A program made the translations under genes and the position numbers. The notes under the pieces are model-generated. The model saw only the letters and a program-made list of their open reading frames with translations. It was not told where the DNA came from and did no database searches. Below, one piece after another: positions 40,002 through 49,592 of a stretch of 64,000 bases of DNA. This stretch comes from an uncultured Flavobacteriales bacterium (GTDB lineage: Bacteria > Bacteroidota > Bacteroidia > Flavobacteriales > BACL11): contig CAJQIZ010000014.1 in assembly GCA_905478555.1 (NCBI GenBank), positions 741 through 64,740 on the forward strand. Direction: 5' to 3'. Position 1 is the stretch's first letter, and every line of letters begins with the position of its first letter.

Positions 40002-41642
40002 ATGAAGAAAACTTTACAAAACTTACTTGCAGTTTCTATCTTGTTTATAGGAATTACTGCTAATTCGCAAACTAGATATCTGGATGATGTATTTACAGAA
40101 GTCAAAGTTACTGATAGTGTTGTATATGCACAAAACATTAGTATTGAACCAATGTTATCTGGTTTAAATCCAGCATTAATGCCAATTCACTGTGACATAT
40201 ACGAACCTGAGTCGGATGGTGCTACAAACAGACCCGTAATTATAATAGCTCATACTGGATCTTTTTTACCAGCAGTCGCTAATGGTCAAGCTACAGGATC
40301 AAGAGTAGATTCATCTATTGTTGAACAATGCATGAGATGGGCGAAAAAAGGATACGTAGCTATTGCAATGGACAACAGATTAGGATGGAACCCTACTTCT
40401 ACTGATCAAAATGTAAGAACTTCTACTTTATTACAAGCTGCCTACAGAGGTATACAAGATGCAAGGGCCCTTATTAGATTCATGAGAATGACTAAAGACT
40501 CTGGAAATCCTTACGGTATTGATGCTACCAAAATTGTATTAGGAGGTCATGGTACTGGAGCTTATATTTCTTTAGGAGCTGCTACATTGGATGACGAAGC
40601 AAAATTATATCTTGCTAAGTTTTTCGATTACTCTAACCCTCAAATGCCGCTTCCTTATGTAATACCATTTTTTATGGGTAATATAGATGGTACAGATTTA
40701 ACATATGCACCCTTAATGGATTCAACAGGTACACCAGTTGTTATAATGGATTCTTCAGGGAATATGATTCCTTTAGTTGATTCTACAATGCCATTAAATA
40801 TACCTAACAATCCTACTTATTCCAGTGATTTCAACATGGCCTTTAACTTAGGTGGAGCACTTGCTGATATTTCTTGGTTAGATTCTGCAGACATGCCAAT
40901 TGTTTCTTTCCATTGTGAAAAGGATCCTTACGCTCCAATAGACACTGGAGATGTAATTGTTCCAACAACTGGAGATTTTGTTGTAGAAGTAATGGGAAGT
41001 AGAACAGTGCAAGATTACTCTAATCAATATGGAAATAATGATGTATTTGTAAATGCTGGATTTACTGACATTTACACAACATCTGCTAATGTAAACAATA
41101 GCGGATTTGAAGGGTTATATATATTTAAAACTCCATCTCCATCTACAGTTCCAAACGCATTTGGTCAATCTGATGAAGAACAAAGTTCTCCTTGGGACTG
41201 GTGGGATAACCCAACTTATGACTATATTTTTACTCTATATAACCCTACAGCTCCTTCAGGATATGGAGCTGCTAGTTCTATATTAGGTAATCCTGACATG
41301 TCATCTACTAAAGGAAGAACTTATATTGATACAATTCAAGGTTATTTAAACCCAAGAATGTATGTTGCTCTTAATCTAGCAGGACATAATTCAGTAAATA
41401 ATGTAGTAGATTTTACAACAAACATCTACCCTAACCCTGCAAAAAATAATATTACTATTGAAAATAGCAACTTTGTAATTTCTAATATTGAACTTTACAA
41501 CATTACTGGTCAATTGGTAAAAACAGAAAATGTAAATTCAATGTCAATAAATATGAATATTTCTGATTTAAAAACAGGAATCTATATCTTAGAAATTCAT
41601 ACAAATGACACATCTATTAGAAGAAAACTAATTATAGAATAA
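40002..41642 (+). CDS. T9SS type A sorting domain protein with alpha/beta-hydrolase-like N-terminal region (catalytic status uncertain)
   Basis: Signal peptide, RPVIIIAHTGSF and IVLGGHGTGAY segments resembling oxyanion/nucleophile-elbow regions. C-terminus NIYPNPAKNNITIE...LKTGIYILEIHTNDTSIRRKLIIE is type A CTD. Confidence 0.65.
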   Translation: MKKTLQNLLAVSILFIGITANSQTRYLDDVFTEVKVTDSVVYAQNISIEPMLSGLNPALMPIHCDIYEPESDGATNRPVIIIAHTGSFLPAVANGQATGSRVDSSIVEQCMRWAKKGYVAIAMDNRLGWNPTSTDQNVRTSTLLQAAYRGIQDARALIRFMRMTKDSGNPYGIDATKIVLGGHGTGAYISLGAATLDDEAKLYLAKFFDYSNPQMPLPYVIPFFMGNIDGTDLTYAPLMDSTGTPVVIMDSSGNMIPLVDSTMPLNIPNNPTYSSDFNMAFNLGGALADISWLDSADMPIVSFHCEKDPYAPIDTGDVIVPTTGDFVVEVMGSRTVQDYSNQYGNNDVFVNAGFTDIYTTSANVNNSGFEGLYIFKTPSPSTVPNAFGQSDEEQSSPWDWWDNPTYDYIFTLYNPTAPSGYGAASSILGNPDMSSTKGRTYIDTIQGYLNPRMYVALNLAGHNSVNNVVDFTTNIYPNPAKNNITIENSNFVISNIELYNITGQLVKTENVNSMSINMNISDLKTGIYILEIHTNDTSIRRKLIIE

Positions 41643-41663
41643 AATAATTTTAATTTAATTTAA

Positions 41664-41692
41664 AAAGCCCTCTTTTCTGAGGGCTTTTTTTT
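41664..41692 (+). terminator. Rho-independent terminator
   Basis: Stem AGCCCTC / GAGGGCT (7 bp, loop TTTTCT) followed by T8. Confidence 0.8.
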
Positions 41693-41703
41693 ATTTTCGT
41701 TTT

Positions 41704-43614
41704 GTGCAAAGCTCTAAAGAAATATTATTAAAATATTGGGGACATTCTTCATTCAGAGAAAAACAAGAAGATATAATCAATAACATTATTGAGGAAAAAG
41801 ACACCCTAGCTTTACTACCAACAGGTGGAGGTAAATCAATATGCTTTCAAATCCCATCTCTAATGCAAGAAGGAATATGTATCGTTATATCTCCACTTAT
41901 TTCTTTAATGAAAGATCAAGTAGAAAACATTAAAAACAGAGGAATTAAAGCTATTGCTATTACTTCTGAAATGAGATATAAAGAAATAGATATAGCATTA
42001 ACTAATTGTATTTTTGGAGGATATAAATTTCTCTACCTTTCACCAGAAAAATTACAAAATGATTTAGTGAAAAGTAAAATTTCAGAAATGAATGTAAATC
42101 TAATTGCGGTAGATGAAGCTCATTGTATTTCTGAATGGGGACATAATTTCCGACCATCTTACAGAAACATATCAGAATTAAGATTAATACACCCTAAAGC
42201 AGTCCTATTAGCACTTACCGCTACCGCAACATCAGAAGTGGCAACAGACATACAACACAACCTTGAATTTAAAGAGAAAAACCTAATTCAATCCTCATTT
42301 ACAAGAAAAAATTTATCTTATATTGTAATAAAAGAAGAAGATAAAAAGAAAAAATTAGTTAGCATACTTAATAAAATAAATGGAAGTGCTATTGTATATG
42401 TAAAAAGTAGAAAGGAATGCCAACATACGTGCAAACTTCTTACAGAAAACAATATTAGTGCTAATTTCTATCATGCTGGAGTAAGTATGGAAGAAAGAAA
42501 TAAAAGACAAAGTAGTTGGAAAAATTCTGAAACAAGAGTTATGGTTGCTACTAATGCATTTGGAATGGGTATTGATAAATCGGACGTTAGAATAGTTATT
42601 CATACACATATACCATCAACTACAGAGTCCTATTTTCAGGAAACAGGTCGTGCGGGGAGAGATGAGAAAGTAGCCTATGCAGTATTACTTTACAACAATT
42701 CAGATGAAAAGCATCTAAAGGAATTTGTAGAACTTCACTTCCCTACTATTGTAGAAATAAAAGATTGTTATCAAAATCTAGCAAATTATTTTCATTTAGC
42801 AATACACAATGGTGAAGAAAAAAATTTTGATTTTGATTTAGGAGAATTTAGTAGAAAATATAAAATAAACAGTTTAAAAACCTATAACATATTAAAATAT
42901 TTAGAAAAAGAAAATTATCTAAAACTAAGTAATGTTTACAATAACTACTCTAAAATACATATAAAAACAAATAGTAAAGAATTGTATCATTTTCAAATGG
43001 TGAATAATTACTTTGATCCATACATTAAATTATTATTACGATCGTATAGTGGATTATTTGATGACTTTGTAAACATAAACGAATCTACAATAGCAGTAAG
43101 ATTAAATACTACTGAAAGCAATATAAATGATATTTTAATACGCTTAGAAAAATTAGAAATATTACAGTATTCTCCTAAAAAACACGCAACACAAATTACA
43201 TACATTCAAAATAGAGTAGAAAATAAATATTTGAATATTTCTGAAAACAAACTAAAAGATAGAAAAAATTCAGAATTAAAAAGAATGAATTTCATTCTCA
43301 ATTACTGCAATCAAACTACAAATTGTAGAACTAAAATATTACTACATTATTTTGGAGAAGAACAAACAGTAAACTGTGGTAAATGTGATATTTGCAGAGA
43401 AAGAAATAAACTAGAATTATCAGATAATGAATTTGAAAGTATAAGAAAAAAAGTACTTAAAATTACAGAAAAAAAAACAAGTTCTATTTCAGATATATGT
43501 AAAATTATAAAGAATGTTAATGAAGATAAAGTTCTGAAAGTTATTACCTTTTTGATGGAGAATAACGAGTTAAAAACAGAAGGAAATAAAATACTTAGAA
43601 ACGATTCACAATAG
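41704..43614 (+). CDS. recQ: ATP-dependent DNA helicase, RecQ family
   Basis: FR..Q, PTGGGKS (motif I), DEAHCISEWGHNFRP (DEAH), TATAT, VATNAFGMGIDK, QETGRAGRD, zinc-binding C..CGKCDIC. GTG start. Confidence 0.9.
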   Translation: MQSSKEILLKYWGHSSFREKQEDIINNIIEEKDTLALLPTGGGKSICFQIPSLMQEGICIVISPLISLMKDQVENIKNRGIKAIAITSEMRYKEIDIALTNCIFGGYKFLYLSPEKLQNDLVKSKISEMNVNLIAVDEAHCISEWGHNFRPSYRNISELRLIHPKAVLLALTATATSEVATDIQHNLEFKEKNLIQSSFTRKNLSYIVIKEEDKKKKLVSILNKINGSAIVYVKSRKECQHTCKLLTENNISANFYHAGVSMEERNKRQSSWKNSETRVMVATNAFGMGIDKSDVRIVIHTHIPSTTESYFQETGRAGRDEKVAYAVLLYNNSDEKHLKEFVELHFPTIVEIKDCYQNLANYFHLAIHNGEEKNFDFDLGEFSRKYKINSLKTYNILKYLEKENYLKLSNVYNNYSKIHIKTNSKELYHFQMVNNYFDPYIKLLLRSYSGLFDDFVNINESTIAVRLNTTESNINDILIRLEKLEILQYSPKKHATQITYIQNRVENKYLNISENKLKDRKNSELKRMNFILNYCNQTTNCRTKILLHYFGEEQTVNCGKCDICRERNKLELSDNEFESIRKKVLKITEKKTSSISDICKIIKNVNEDKVLKVITFLMENNELKTEGNKILRNDSQ

Positions 43615-43622
43615 TATATTTG
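43615..43622 (+). promoter_or_regulatory. -7 box TATATTTG for fmt
   Basis: Exact TAnnTTTG immediately after the recQ stop, 14 nt upstream of ATG 43637. Confidence 0.4.
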
Positions 43623-43636
43623 TAAAAAATTAAAGA

Positions 43637-44614
43637 ATGAAAATTGTATTTTTTGGAACACCAGGATTTGCTGCAAACATCCTAGAATATCTACATAAAA
43701 ATGGAGTGGAAATACTACAAGTAATTTCAGCACCGGACAAACAAAAAGGAAGAGGAAAAAAGGTAATAGCAACGCAAGTTAAAACAAAAGCTGAAGAACT
43801 AAAATTATCAGTACTTACTCCTAATTCTTTAAAAGATAATGATTTTATTAATGAACTGAAAAAGATTAATGCAGACCTTTTTGTTGTTGTAGCTTTTAGA
43901 ATGTTACCTAAAAAAATTTGGGAGATACCTAAAATGGGAACTATAAATCTTCACACATCATTATTACCAAATTACAGAGGTGCAGCCCCTATAAATAAAG
44001 TGTTAATTAATGGTGAAACAAAAACAGGAATTACTACCTTTTTTATTGATGAAAAAATTGATTGTGGAAGAATTATTTCTCAAAAAGAAGTTAAACTTAA
44101 TAACGATACAACTGCAGCTCAACTACATGAAAAGTTAATGAATAAAGGATCCAAACTTTTATTACAAACTATTGAATCTATACTAACTAATAAATTCACT
44201 CCTGTTGTTCAGAATAATAACTTATCTATTTCTGATGCACCTAAATTAACAAAGGAAGTAACAAAAATTGATTGGAATAAAACAGCAATAGAAATACATA
44301 ATTTAATAAGGGGTTTATCTCCTATAATATCCGAAAATGAAATTCTGAAAGATGTTGCTATATGTCCGGCAACATGGTTTAATTTAAAAATTGAAGATAA
44401 AGAAATTAGAGTTAAACTACTTTTAAGTAGTTTTTCTGAAAAAACAAATAACAAAATTGGAGATATAGAAACAGATAACAAAAGCTACCTGAAAGTGAAT
44501 TTACTAGCAGGAAGTATAAATATTTTAAAACTTCAAGTTGCAGGAAAAAATGCAGTAAACATCTCACAATTTTTACTAGGAAATAAGATTGACAATAAAT
44601 GGAAAGTAGCTTAA
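43637..44614 (+). CDS. fmt: Methionyl-tRNA formyltransferase
   Basis: MKIVFFGTP.FA, INLHTSLLPNYRGAAPI (SLLP motif). Confidence 0.9.
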   Translation: MKIVFFGTPGFAANILEYLHKNGVEILQVISAPDKQKGRGKKVIATQVKTKAEELKLSVLTPNSLKDNDFINELKKINADLFVVVAFRMLPKKIWEIPKMGTINLHTSLLPNYRGAAPINKVLINGETKTGITTFFIDEKIDCGRIISQKEVKLNNDTTAAQLHEKLMNKGSKLLLQTIESILTNKFTPVVQNNNLSISDAPKLTKEVTKIDWNKTAIEIHNLIRGLSPIISENEILKDVAICPATWFNLKIEDKEIRVKLLLSSFSEKTNNKIGDIETDNKSYLKVNLLAGSINILKLQVAGKNAVNISQFLLGNKIDNKWKVA

Positions 44615-45288
44615 AATTAGAATTAATAGAACACTTAAGTCAATTTTTAACTGAAGAAAGGTTGCATCTTTTTCAGGAGAAATTAAAGGAAAGGAGTAAT
44701 AGAATAACTCTTGTTTTAGAGGATGTTTTTCAATCTAGGAACATTAGTGCAGCCATGCGATCAGCTGATTGTTTTGGAATACAAAACATACATATTATAG
44801 AAAATAAAAATAATTTTGTAAAAGATAAATCTGTGTCCTTAGGTGCTGGGAAATGGATAAATATAAAACAATATAATACAAAAGAAAACAATACAATAAA
44901 CTGTCTAAAAAAACTAAAAAAAGATGGATATCAAATTATAGCAACTAGCCCACATAATACCAATATTAGTTTAGAAGAAATTGATGTAAAGAATAACAAA
45001 ATAGCCATAATTTTAGGAACAGAACTAACAGGATTATCAGAAAAAGCTTTATCGTTTGCAGATAAAAGAATGAAAATAAATATGTATGGTTTTACTGAAA
45101 GTTTAAATATATCAGTTTCAGCAGCTATATGTTGTCAGAGTATAAGTAGTAAAATGAGAAAAGAAACAACTGGATGGGAAGTTACAGAAGAGGAAAAAAA
45201 AGATATCTTATTAAATTGGATACGAAATAGTATAAAATCAGGAAAACAAATAGAACAGAAATTTTTAGACGATAAATCTAACAAATAA
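44599..45288 (+). CDS. trmH: SpoU/TrmH-family RNA 2'-O-methyltransferase (tRNA Gm18-like)
   Basis: Motifs NISAAMRSADCFG, ILGTELTGLS, SLNISVSAAI of the SPOUT class. Confidence 0.75.
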   Translation: MESSLKLELIEHLSQFLTEERLHLFQEKLKERSNRITLVLEDVFQSRNISAAMRSADCFGIQNIHIIENKNNFVKDKSVSLGAGKWINIKQYNTKENNTINCLKKLKKDGYQIIATSPHNTNISLEEIDVKNNKIAIILGTELTGLSEKALSFADKRMKINMYGFTESLNISVSAAICCQSISSKMRKETTGWEVTEEEKKDILLNWIRNSIKSGKQIEQKFLDDKSNK

Positions 45289-45293
45289 TTTAC

Positions 45294-45301
45294 TATATTT
45301 G
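45294..45301 (+). promoter_or_regulatory. -7 box TATATTTG for the THX gene
   Basis: Exact TAnnTTTG 25 nt upstream of ATG 45327. Confidence 0.45.
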
Positions 45302-45326
45302 CAATTCAATAAAAAATAAAACAACT

Positions 45327-45539
45327 ATGGGTAGAGGTGATATAAAAACTAAAAAAGGAAAAAGATTTTCAGGTTCTTACGGAAAAGTAAGATTAAGAAA
45401 AGAAGAAGTAGAACAATTTGTAGCAAAACCAAAAAAAGAAAAAGTGGAAGTAAAAGCTGCTCCGAAAAAGAAAGCTGTTGCAAAAAAGACTACTGCTAAA
45501 AAAGCTACTACAAAAAAGAAAGTTACTAAAAAAAATTAA
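45327..45539 (+). CDS. 30S ribosomal protein bTHX with Lys/Ala/Thr-rich C-terminal extension
   Basis: N-terminus MGRGDIKTKKGKRFSGSYGKVRLRK parallels the THX peptide (MGKGD..T..GK...G.YGK.R.RK). The remaining 45 aa are KKAxAKK-type low complexity. Confidence 0.7.
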   Translation: MGRGDIKTKKGKRFSGSYGKVRLRKEEVEQFVAKPKKEKVEVKAAPKKKAVAKKTTAKKATTKKKVTKKN

Positions 45540-45564
45540 TTATTTTAGTTCACAATACAATTTT

Positions 45565-45600
45565 AAAGGTTAGTTCTTAAGGAGCTAACCTTTCTTTTTT
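45565..45600 (+). terminator. Hairpin terminator after the THX gene, overlapping the stop of convergent pdxH (possibly bidirectional)
   Basis: 9-bp stem AAAGGTTAG / CTAACCTTT (45565-45573 / 45585-45593), 11-nt loop, followed by CTTTTTT. Confidence 0.6.
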
Positions 45601-46221
45601 CCAATTATTCTTGTCCTTAGTATACAACAACCTATCGTGTAAACGAGATGGTCTTCCTTGCCAGAATTCTATTGTGGATACTTCCACACAATACCCTCCC
45701 CAATGTAAGGGTCTCTCTACCTTTTTCCCTTCAAATAAACCTTCAAACTTCTCTACTTTATTCATTAGTTTATAATACAAATCAATAACCTTACTTTGAT
45801 TAGATGACCAAGCACCTAATTGACTTTCTCTAGGTCTACCTCCAAAATATTTATCTGAATCTGCTGCAGATATTTTAACAGCTTTTCCTGTAATTCGAAC
45901 TTGCTTTTCTAGTTTCTCCCAATAAAAATTTAATGAAACAATATTGTTTTTTTCTATATCCTTTGCTTTTCTACTTTCATAATTAGTGAAGAATGTAAAG
46001 CCCTCTTCCGTTACTCCTCTCAACAATACAATTCTGGAGGAAGGTACCATTTCAGAAGAAACAGTAGAAAGTCCAAATGCGATAGCATTATCCTTATCTA
46101 CTTCTAAAGCCATATCAAACCAAGAATGAAATAATTCTAAAGGATAATCTGGTAAATTCTTAAAATCAATTTCTGATTTTTTAAATTCTTCTCTTATATT
46201 TACAATGTTTTCTATTGACAT
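45577..46221 (-). CDS. pdxH: Pyridoxamine 5'-phosphate oxidase
   Basis: VLLRG..E.GF.FFTNY.S.K, EFWQGRPSRLHDR, C-terminal ...RLAP. Confidence 0.9.
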   Translation of the reverse strand: MSIENIVNIREEFKKSEIDFKNLPDYPLELFHSWFDMALEVDKDNAIAFGLSTVSSEMVPSSRIVLLRGVTEEGFTFFTNYESRKAKDIEKNNIVSLNFYWEKLEKQVRITGKAVKISAADSDKYFGGRPRESQLGAWSSNQSKVIDLYYKLMNKVEKFEGLFEGKKVERPLHWGGYCVEVSTIEFWQGRPSRLHDRLLYTKDKNNWKKERLAP

Positions 46222-46229
46222 ACTAAAAA

Positions 46230-46237
46230 CAAAAATA
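46230..46237 (-). promoter_or_regulatory. -7 box TATTTTTG (minus strand) for pdxH
   Basis: caaaaata on the plus strand, ending 8 nt before ATG 46221. Confidence 0.4.
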
Positions 46238-46429
46238 CAATATTAATTTAAGATAAACTGATATGAACCATCTACTTTAACATCATGAGAAACAACATTC
46301 AAACTCTTACAAATGTTCTTCATTTTTTACTTTTCATATTGATTTAATAAAGTGGAAAACACATGACAAAACACCTACAATGAAAGGAATAATTAATCAA
46401 AATAAGGGTATTTGATTCCAATAATTCAT

Positions 46430-46981
46430 TTAGAAAATTTTCGGATTATAATTTTTAGGTATTTTACCTTTTATATTTTTATACTGATTTTGAATAAATA
46501 ATAAGTCTTTATCTATATCTCCACTAGTATGAAATTCATTTAAAATTCCAATTTCTTTTTTCTCATAATCCATTTTTAACAATAAGATGGGTACCTCTGA
46601 CTTTACAGCAATATGATAAAAACCTGTTCTCCATCTTTCTACCCTACTCCTTGTACCTTCAGGAGAAATACCAAGAATAAATTTATAGTTAGAATTATAA
46701 ATTTCAGTAATTTGATCTACAACATTATTTTTAGAATATCTATAAACTGGAATACCTCCATTCCATTTTATTAAACTCCTTAATATCGGTAAAAATAATT
46801 CACTCTTTATGAGGTATTTGGGGACAATACCAATTATGTAAGCATAACATCTACCAATAAAAAAATCCCAATTAGAGGTGTGAGGAGCAGCAATAACCAA
46901 ACATTTATCAGGGTAATTTAATTTCCCTACTACTTTCCAACCTATAATTTGGAATATAATTTTAGAGATTAACTTTTTCAT
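46430..46981 (-). CDS. 1-acyl-sn-glycerol-3-phosphate acyltransferase family protein (PlsC-like)
   Basis: HTSNWD (HX4D acyltransferase motif) and ISPEGTRS (motif III). Confidence 0.7.
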   Translation of the reverse strand: MKKLISKIIFQIIGWKVVGKLNYPDKCLVIAAPHTSNWDFFIGRCYAYIIGIVPKYLIKSELFLPILRSLIKWNGGIPVYRYSKNNVVDQITEIYNSNYKFILGISPEGTRSRVERWRTGFYHIAVKSEVPILLLKMDYEKKEIGILNEFHTSGDIDKDLLFIQNQYKNIKGKIPKNYNPKIF

Positions 46982-47036
46982 AAATAATATTTTTTACAAA
47001 GTAAAGAACAAATTTTAATATTTTTATTAAAAATTG

Positions 47037-47044
47037 TAGATTTG
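47037..47044 (+). promoter_or_regulatory. -7 box TAGATTTG
   Basis: Exact TAnnTTTG. It contains the TTG (47042) that the ORF track uses as a start codon. Confidence 0.4.
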
Positions 47045-47065
47045 CCAAAACTAAAATTAAACTTA

Positions 47066-48775
47066 ATGAAATCTATATTAATTAAATCAGTACTTTGGAT
47101 AGTAATTATTCTTCTGGCTTATTTCGGGCTATATGGCAATATCACTAACGAAATTCATGTTAGAGAAGTAATGGATGAAAGAAAGTCAGAAAACATACAA
47201 AGACTAAAAGATTTAAGGGAAATTCAGTTAGAATACAAAAGGCAGAATGGTTTTTACTCGAATAATGCTGACACTTTAGTTCACTTTTTATTTAATACTG
47301 AAATTGAATTTGTAAATTCTGAGAAAGCAGAAGAAGATTCTATTGCAGTAGATATGAGAAAATGGAACAGTATACAAAACAGATTGGTCAGAGATTTAAT
47401 AAATCCAAATACAGAAGCTAAAAGAATATATAAGCAAAACGGAGGAGAGTGGACTACTTTAACAGAAAAACAAAAAATAAATAAAGGGTACATTGCGGTG
47501 AATAATTACATTGCACATCAATTAGTATTTACAGAGGAATACAACAAAACTAGAAACAATAGTTTTAATGTAGATGTAAATAGTTTAAAAAACATTACTG
47601 AAGTATATAAAAAACAAAAATCATATTCTACTTTTAAATCTGAGTTCAATAGTTTTGGGGAAGAAACAATAAACACAATTCAGCTTCAGAATACTTATAA
47701 CAATATAAATACTAACTTTAAATCTATTTTTGATTTAGATACAAATACCTCTATTGAAACAGACAATTTAATGTCAGTTATTGCATCTAACAATGAGGAC
47801 ATATCTTCTTTAAAATCTAATATTTCGGATACTGAAGACAAAAAAGAGAATGCGGAAGGAATGATAAGATATGCTACAAACCAAAGAACAACTTACACTG
47901 AAACTATTGGAGAAGATATGATTGCTAAGGTGAGAGAGAAAGCAAAAATAAAAGCAGAAAAAGGGAAGGCATTAAAGGGGAGGAAAGGTATTATATTTTC
48001 TATTATATCAAAGCAAGATTCTACTGAAAATGTAAACACAATTATTGTAAGTACTTGCGAAAATGATATTACAAAGTTACAAAATGAAATTCAAGCTAGA
48101 GAAAAACTTATAGGACTAATAAATAAAAATACTCAAGTTATACAAGATTTAAGCGTTATGAAAAATCAATACAATCTTATAAATGAAGAAGAGAACACTA
48201 ATTTCACATCTTTAGTCAACTATACTATCAATGAAGAAATAAAGATTGTAACTATATTAAAAAAAGGGACTTACACTGTACCTAATCAACCTAACAAATG
48301 GAAACAAGCAAGGCTGAAAGCAGATTTTTTAGTAGAACAAGCTATTGATGAAGAAATGTTAGCAGTAATAACAGAAAAATACATTAATTCTGGAGGACAA
48401 TTTAGGGACCTGACTACTGAAGAAGGATATGCTAGAGGACTAATAATCACTTTTATTCAACCAGTAAAAGATGTTATATTTGATAATATTTATATGAAAC
48501 ATAGAATAGGTATTTCTTTAAATTTAGATAGTATTACTTTTATTCCTCATACAGGTATAAAATACGATTTTTCAGCAAAAGAAATTCACCCAAACTTAAT
48601 GGAGCAAGCTCAAGGTGAAATTGACAAATATTTCTTTAAGATATCTACATCTTACAACAATGTATTTAGTGGGTTAGATGAAGAGGAAAGAATGCTAAGA
48701 AGAAATAGTGAGAGAGGTGGAATTCAAGTTGGTTCGTTAGAAAAAACAATAACAAATGGAAATTGGGGAGAATAA
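47066..48775 (+). CDS. Hypothetical membrane-anchored protein (N-terminal TM helix, Lys/Glu/Asn-rich extracytoplasmic body)
   Basis: MKSILIKSVLWIVIILLAYFGLY anchor, no recognisable catalytic motif. Start moved to ATG 47066 (Met9 of the track ORF), downstream of the -7 box. Confidence 0.6.
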   Translation: MKSILIKSVLWIVIILLAYFGLYGNITNEIHVREVMDERKSENIQRLKDLREIQLEYKRQNGFYSNNADTLVHFLFNTEIEFVNSEKAEEDSIAVDMRKWNSIQNRLVRDLINPNTEAKRIYKQNGGEWTTLTEKQKINKGYIAVNNYIAHQLVFTEEYNKTRNNSFNVDVNSLKNITEVYKKQKSYSTFKSEFNSFGEETINTIQLQNTYNNINTNFKSIFDLDTNTSIETDNLMSVIASNNEDISSLKSNISDTEDKKENAEGMIRYATNQRTTYTETIGEDMIAKVREKAKIKAEKGKALKGRKGIIFSIISKQDSTENVNTIIVSTCENDITKLQNEIQAREKLIGLINKNTQVIQDLSVMKNQYNLINEEENTNFTSLVNYTINEEIKIVTILKKGTYTVPNQPNKWKQARLKADFLVEQAIDEEMLAVITEKYINSGGQFRDLTTEEGYARGLIITFIQPVKDVIFDNIYMKHRIGISLNLDSITFIPHTGIKYDFSAKEIHPNLMEQAQGEIDKYFFKISTSYNNVFSGLDEEERMLRRNSERGGIQVGSLEKTITNGNWGE

Positions 48776-49592
48776 TAATATCACCTCTTTTTATAAGAAA
48801 AATGTAAATTTTGCTAATACAGAAAATTTTCATTTATCAATTGAAGTTAGTCCAACAAATTTAAAATACACTCTTTTAAATACAGAAAACCTAGAATATC
48901 TCTTATTTAAGTCAGTAGAAGTGGGTAACAACTTACTCACTGCAATTGGTTCGGAAGAAATATTAAAACAAACATTTTTCTCTACTTCAATGTGCTACAG
49001 CAATTTCCCTACTACCATTGTACCTAACGAATTATACTCCGAAATAAATAAAGAAAGATACCTTCAATTTATTTCGGATAAAAAAGGGACTATTAAGACA
49101 GATAAAATTCATCAGAATAATGCTACTACAATCTATAGTGTAAAAGAAAATATAGTCCATTTAATGAATCAAATTCAGAGTGGGGTTATAGAAAAAAATA
49201 GTAGCACCATTATTATTGAACAGCTAATAAAACAATACAAAAACCTAACCGAGAAAACAGCATTCCTGTTTATAAACAGAAAAAATATTGAATTAATAAT
49301 ATTAAAAAAAGGAGAATTAATTCTTCATAATTATTTTGATGTTAATAATAGTATTGATGTATTATATTACACTCTTTTTGGTTTCAATCAGTTAAAAATG
49401 AATCCTGAAGAAAGTAATTTATATTTATTTGGAAATATAGAAAAAGGAGATGAAAACTATATTCTGATTTATGATTATATTCGTAATATCAAATTCGGAT
49501 CATTAAGTAATTTCCTTTCTCTTAATGAGGAATTAAAAAGGGTTTCTCAACATCAAAATTTTAGTTTATTTAGTCAGATATTATGCGTATAG
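48756..49592 (+). CDS. DUF3822-like protein
   Basis: FHLSIEVSPTNLKYTLLN... start pattern and the position immediately upstream of rsmD-coaD, as I recall for DUF3822 in Bacteroidota. Overlaps the upstream ORF by 20 nt. Confidence 0.5.
   Translation: MEIGENNNITSFYKKNVNFANTENFHLSIEVSPTNLKYTLLNTENLEYLLFKSVEVGNNLLTAIGSEEILKQTFFSTSMCYSNFPTTIVPNELYSEINKERYLQFISDKKGTIKTDKIHQNNATTIYSVKENIVHLMNQIQSGVIEKNSSTIIIEQLIKQYKNLTEKTAFLFINRKNIELIILKKGELILHNYFDVNNSIDVLYYTLFGFNQLKMNPEESNLYLFGNIEKGDENYILIYDYIRNIKFGSLSNFLSLNEELKRVSQHQNFSLFSQILCV

Noticed and set aside
43347-43772. 141-aa minus-strand ORF across the recQ/fmt junction
   Set aside because: Antisense to two motif-supported genes, low-complexity Leu/Phe/Ser-rich product.
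46222-46429. 208-bp gap between the plsC-like gene and pdxH; checked for ncRNA or a small gene
   Set aside because: Only a -7 box next to pdxH. The remaining sequence is AT-rich without convincing structure or an ORF longer than about 12 codons.
47042-47065. TTG start codons proposed by the ORF track at 47042 (and likewise at 31805 for queE)
   Set aside because: In both cases the TTG is the last three bases of an exact TAnnTTTG -7 promoter box. In-frame ATGs lie a few codons downstream (47066; 31796) and give sensible N-termini.
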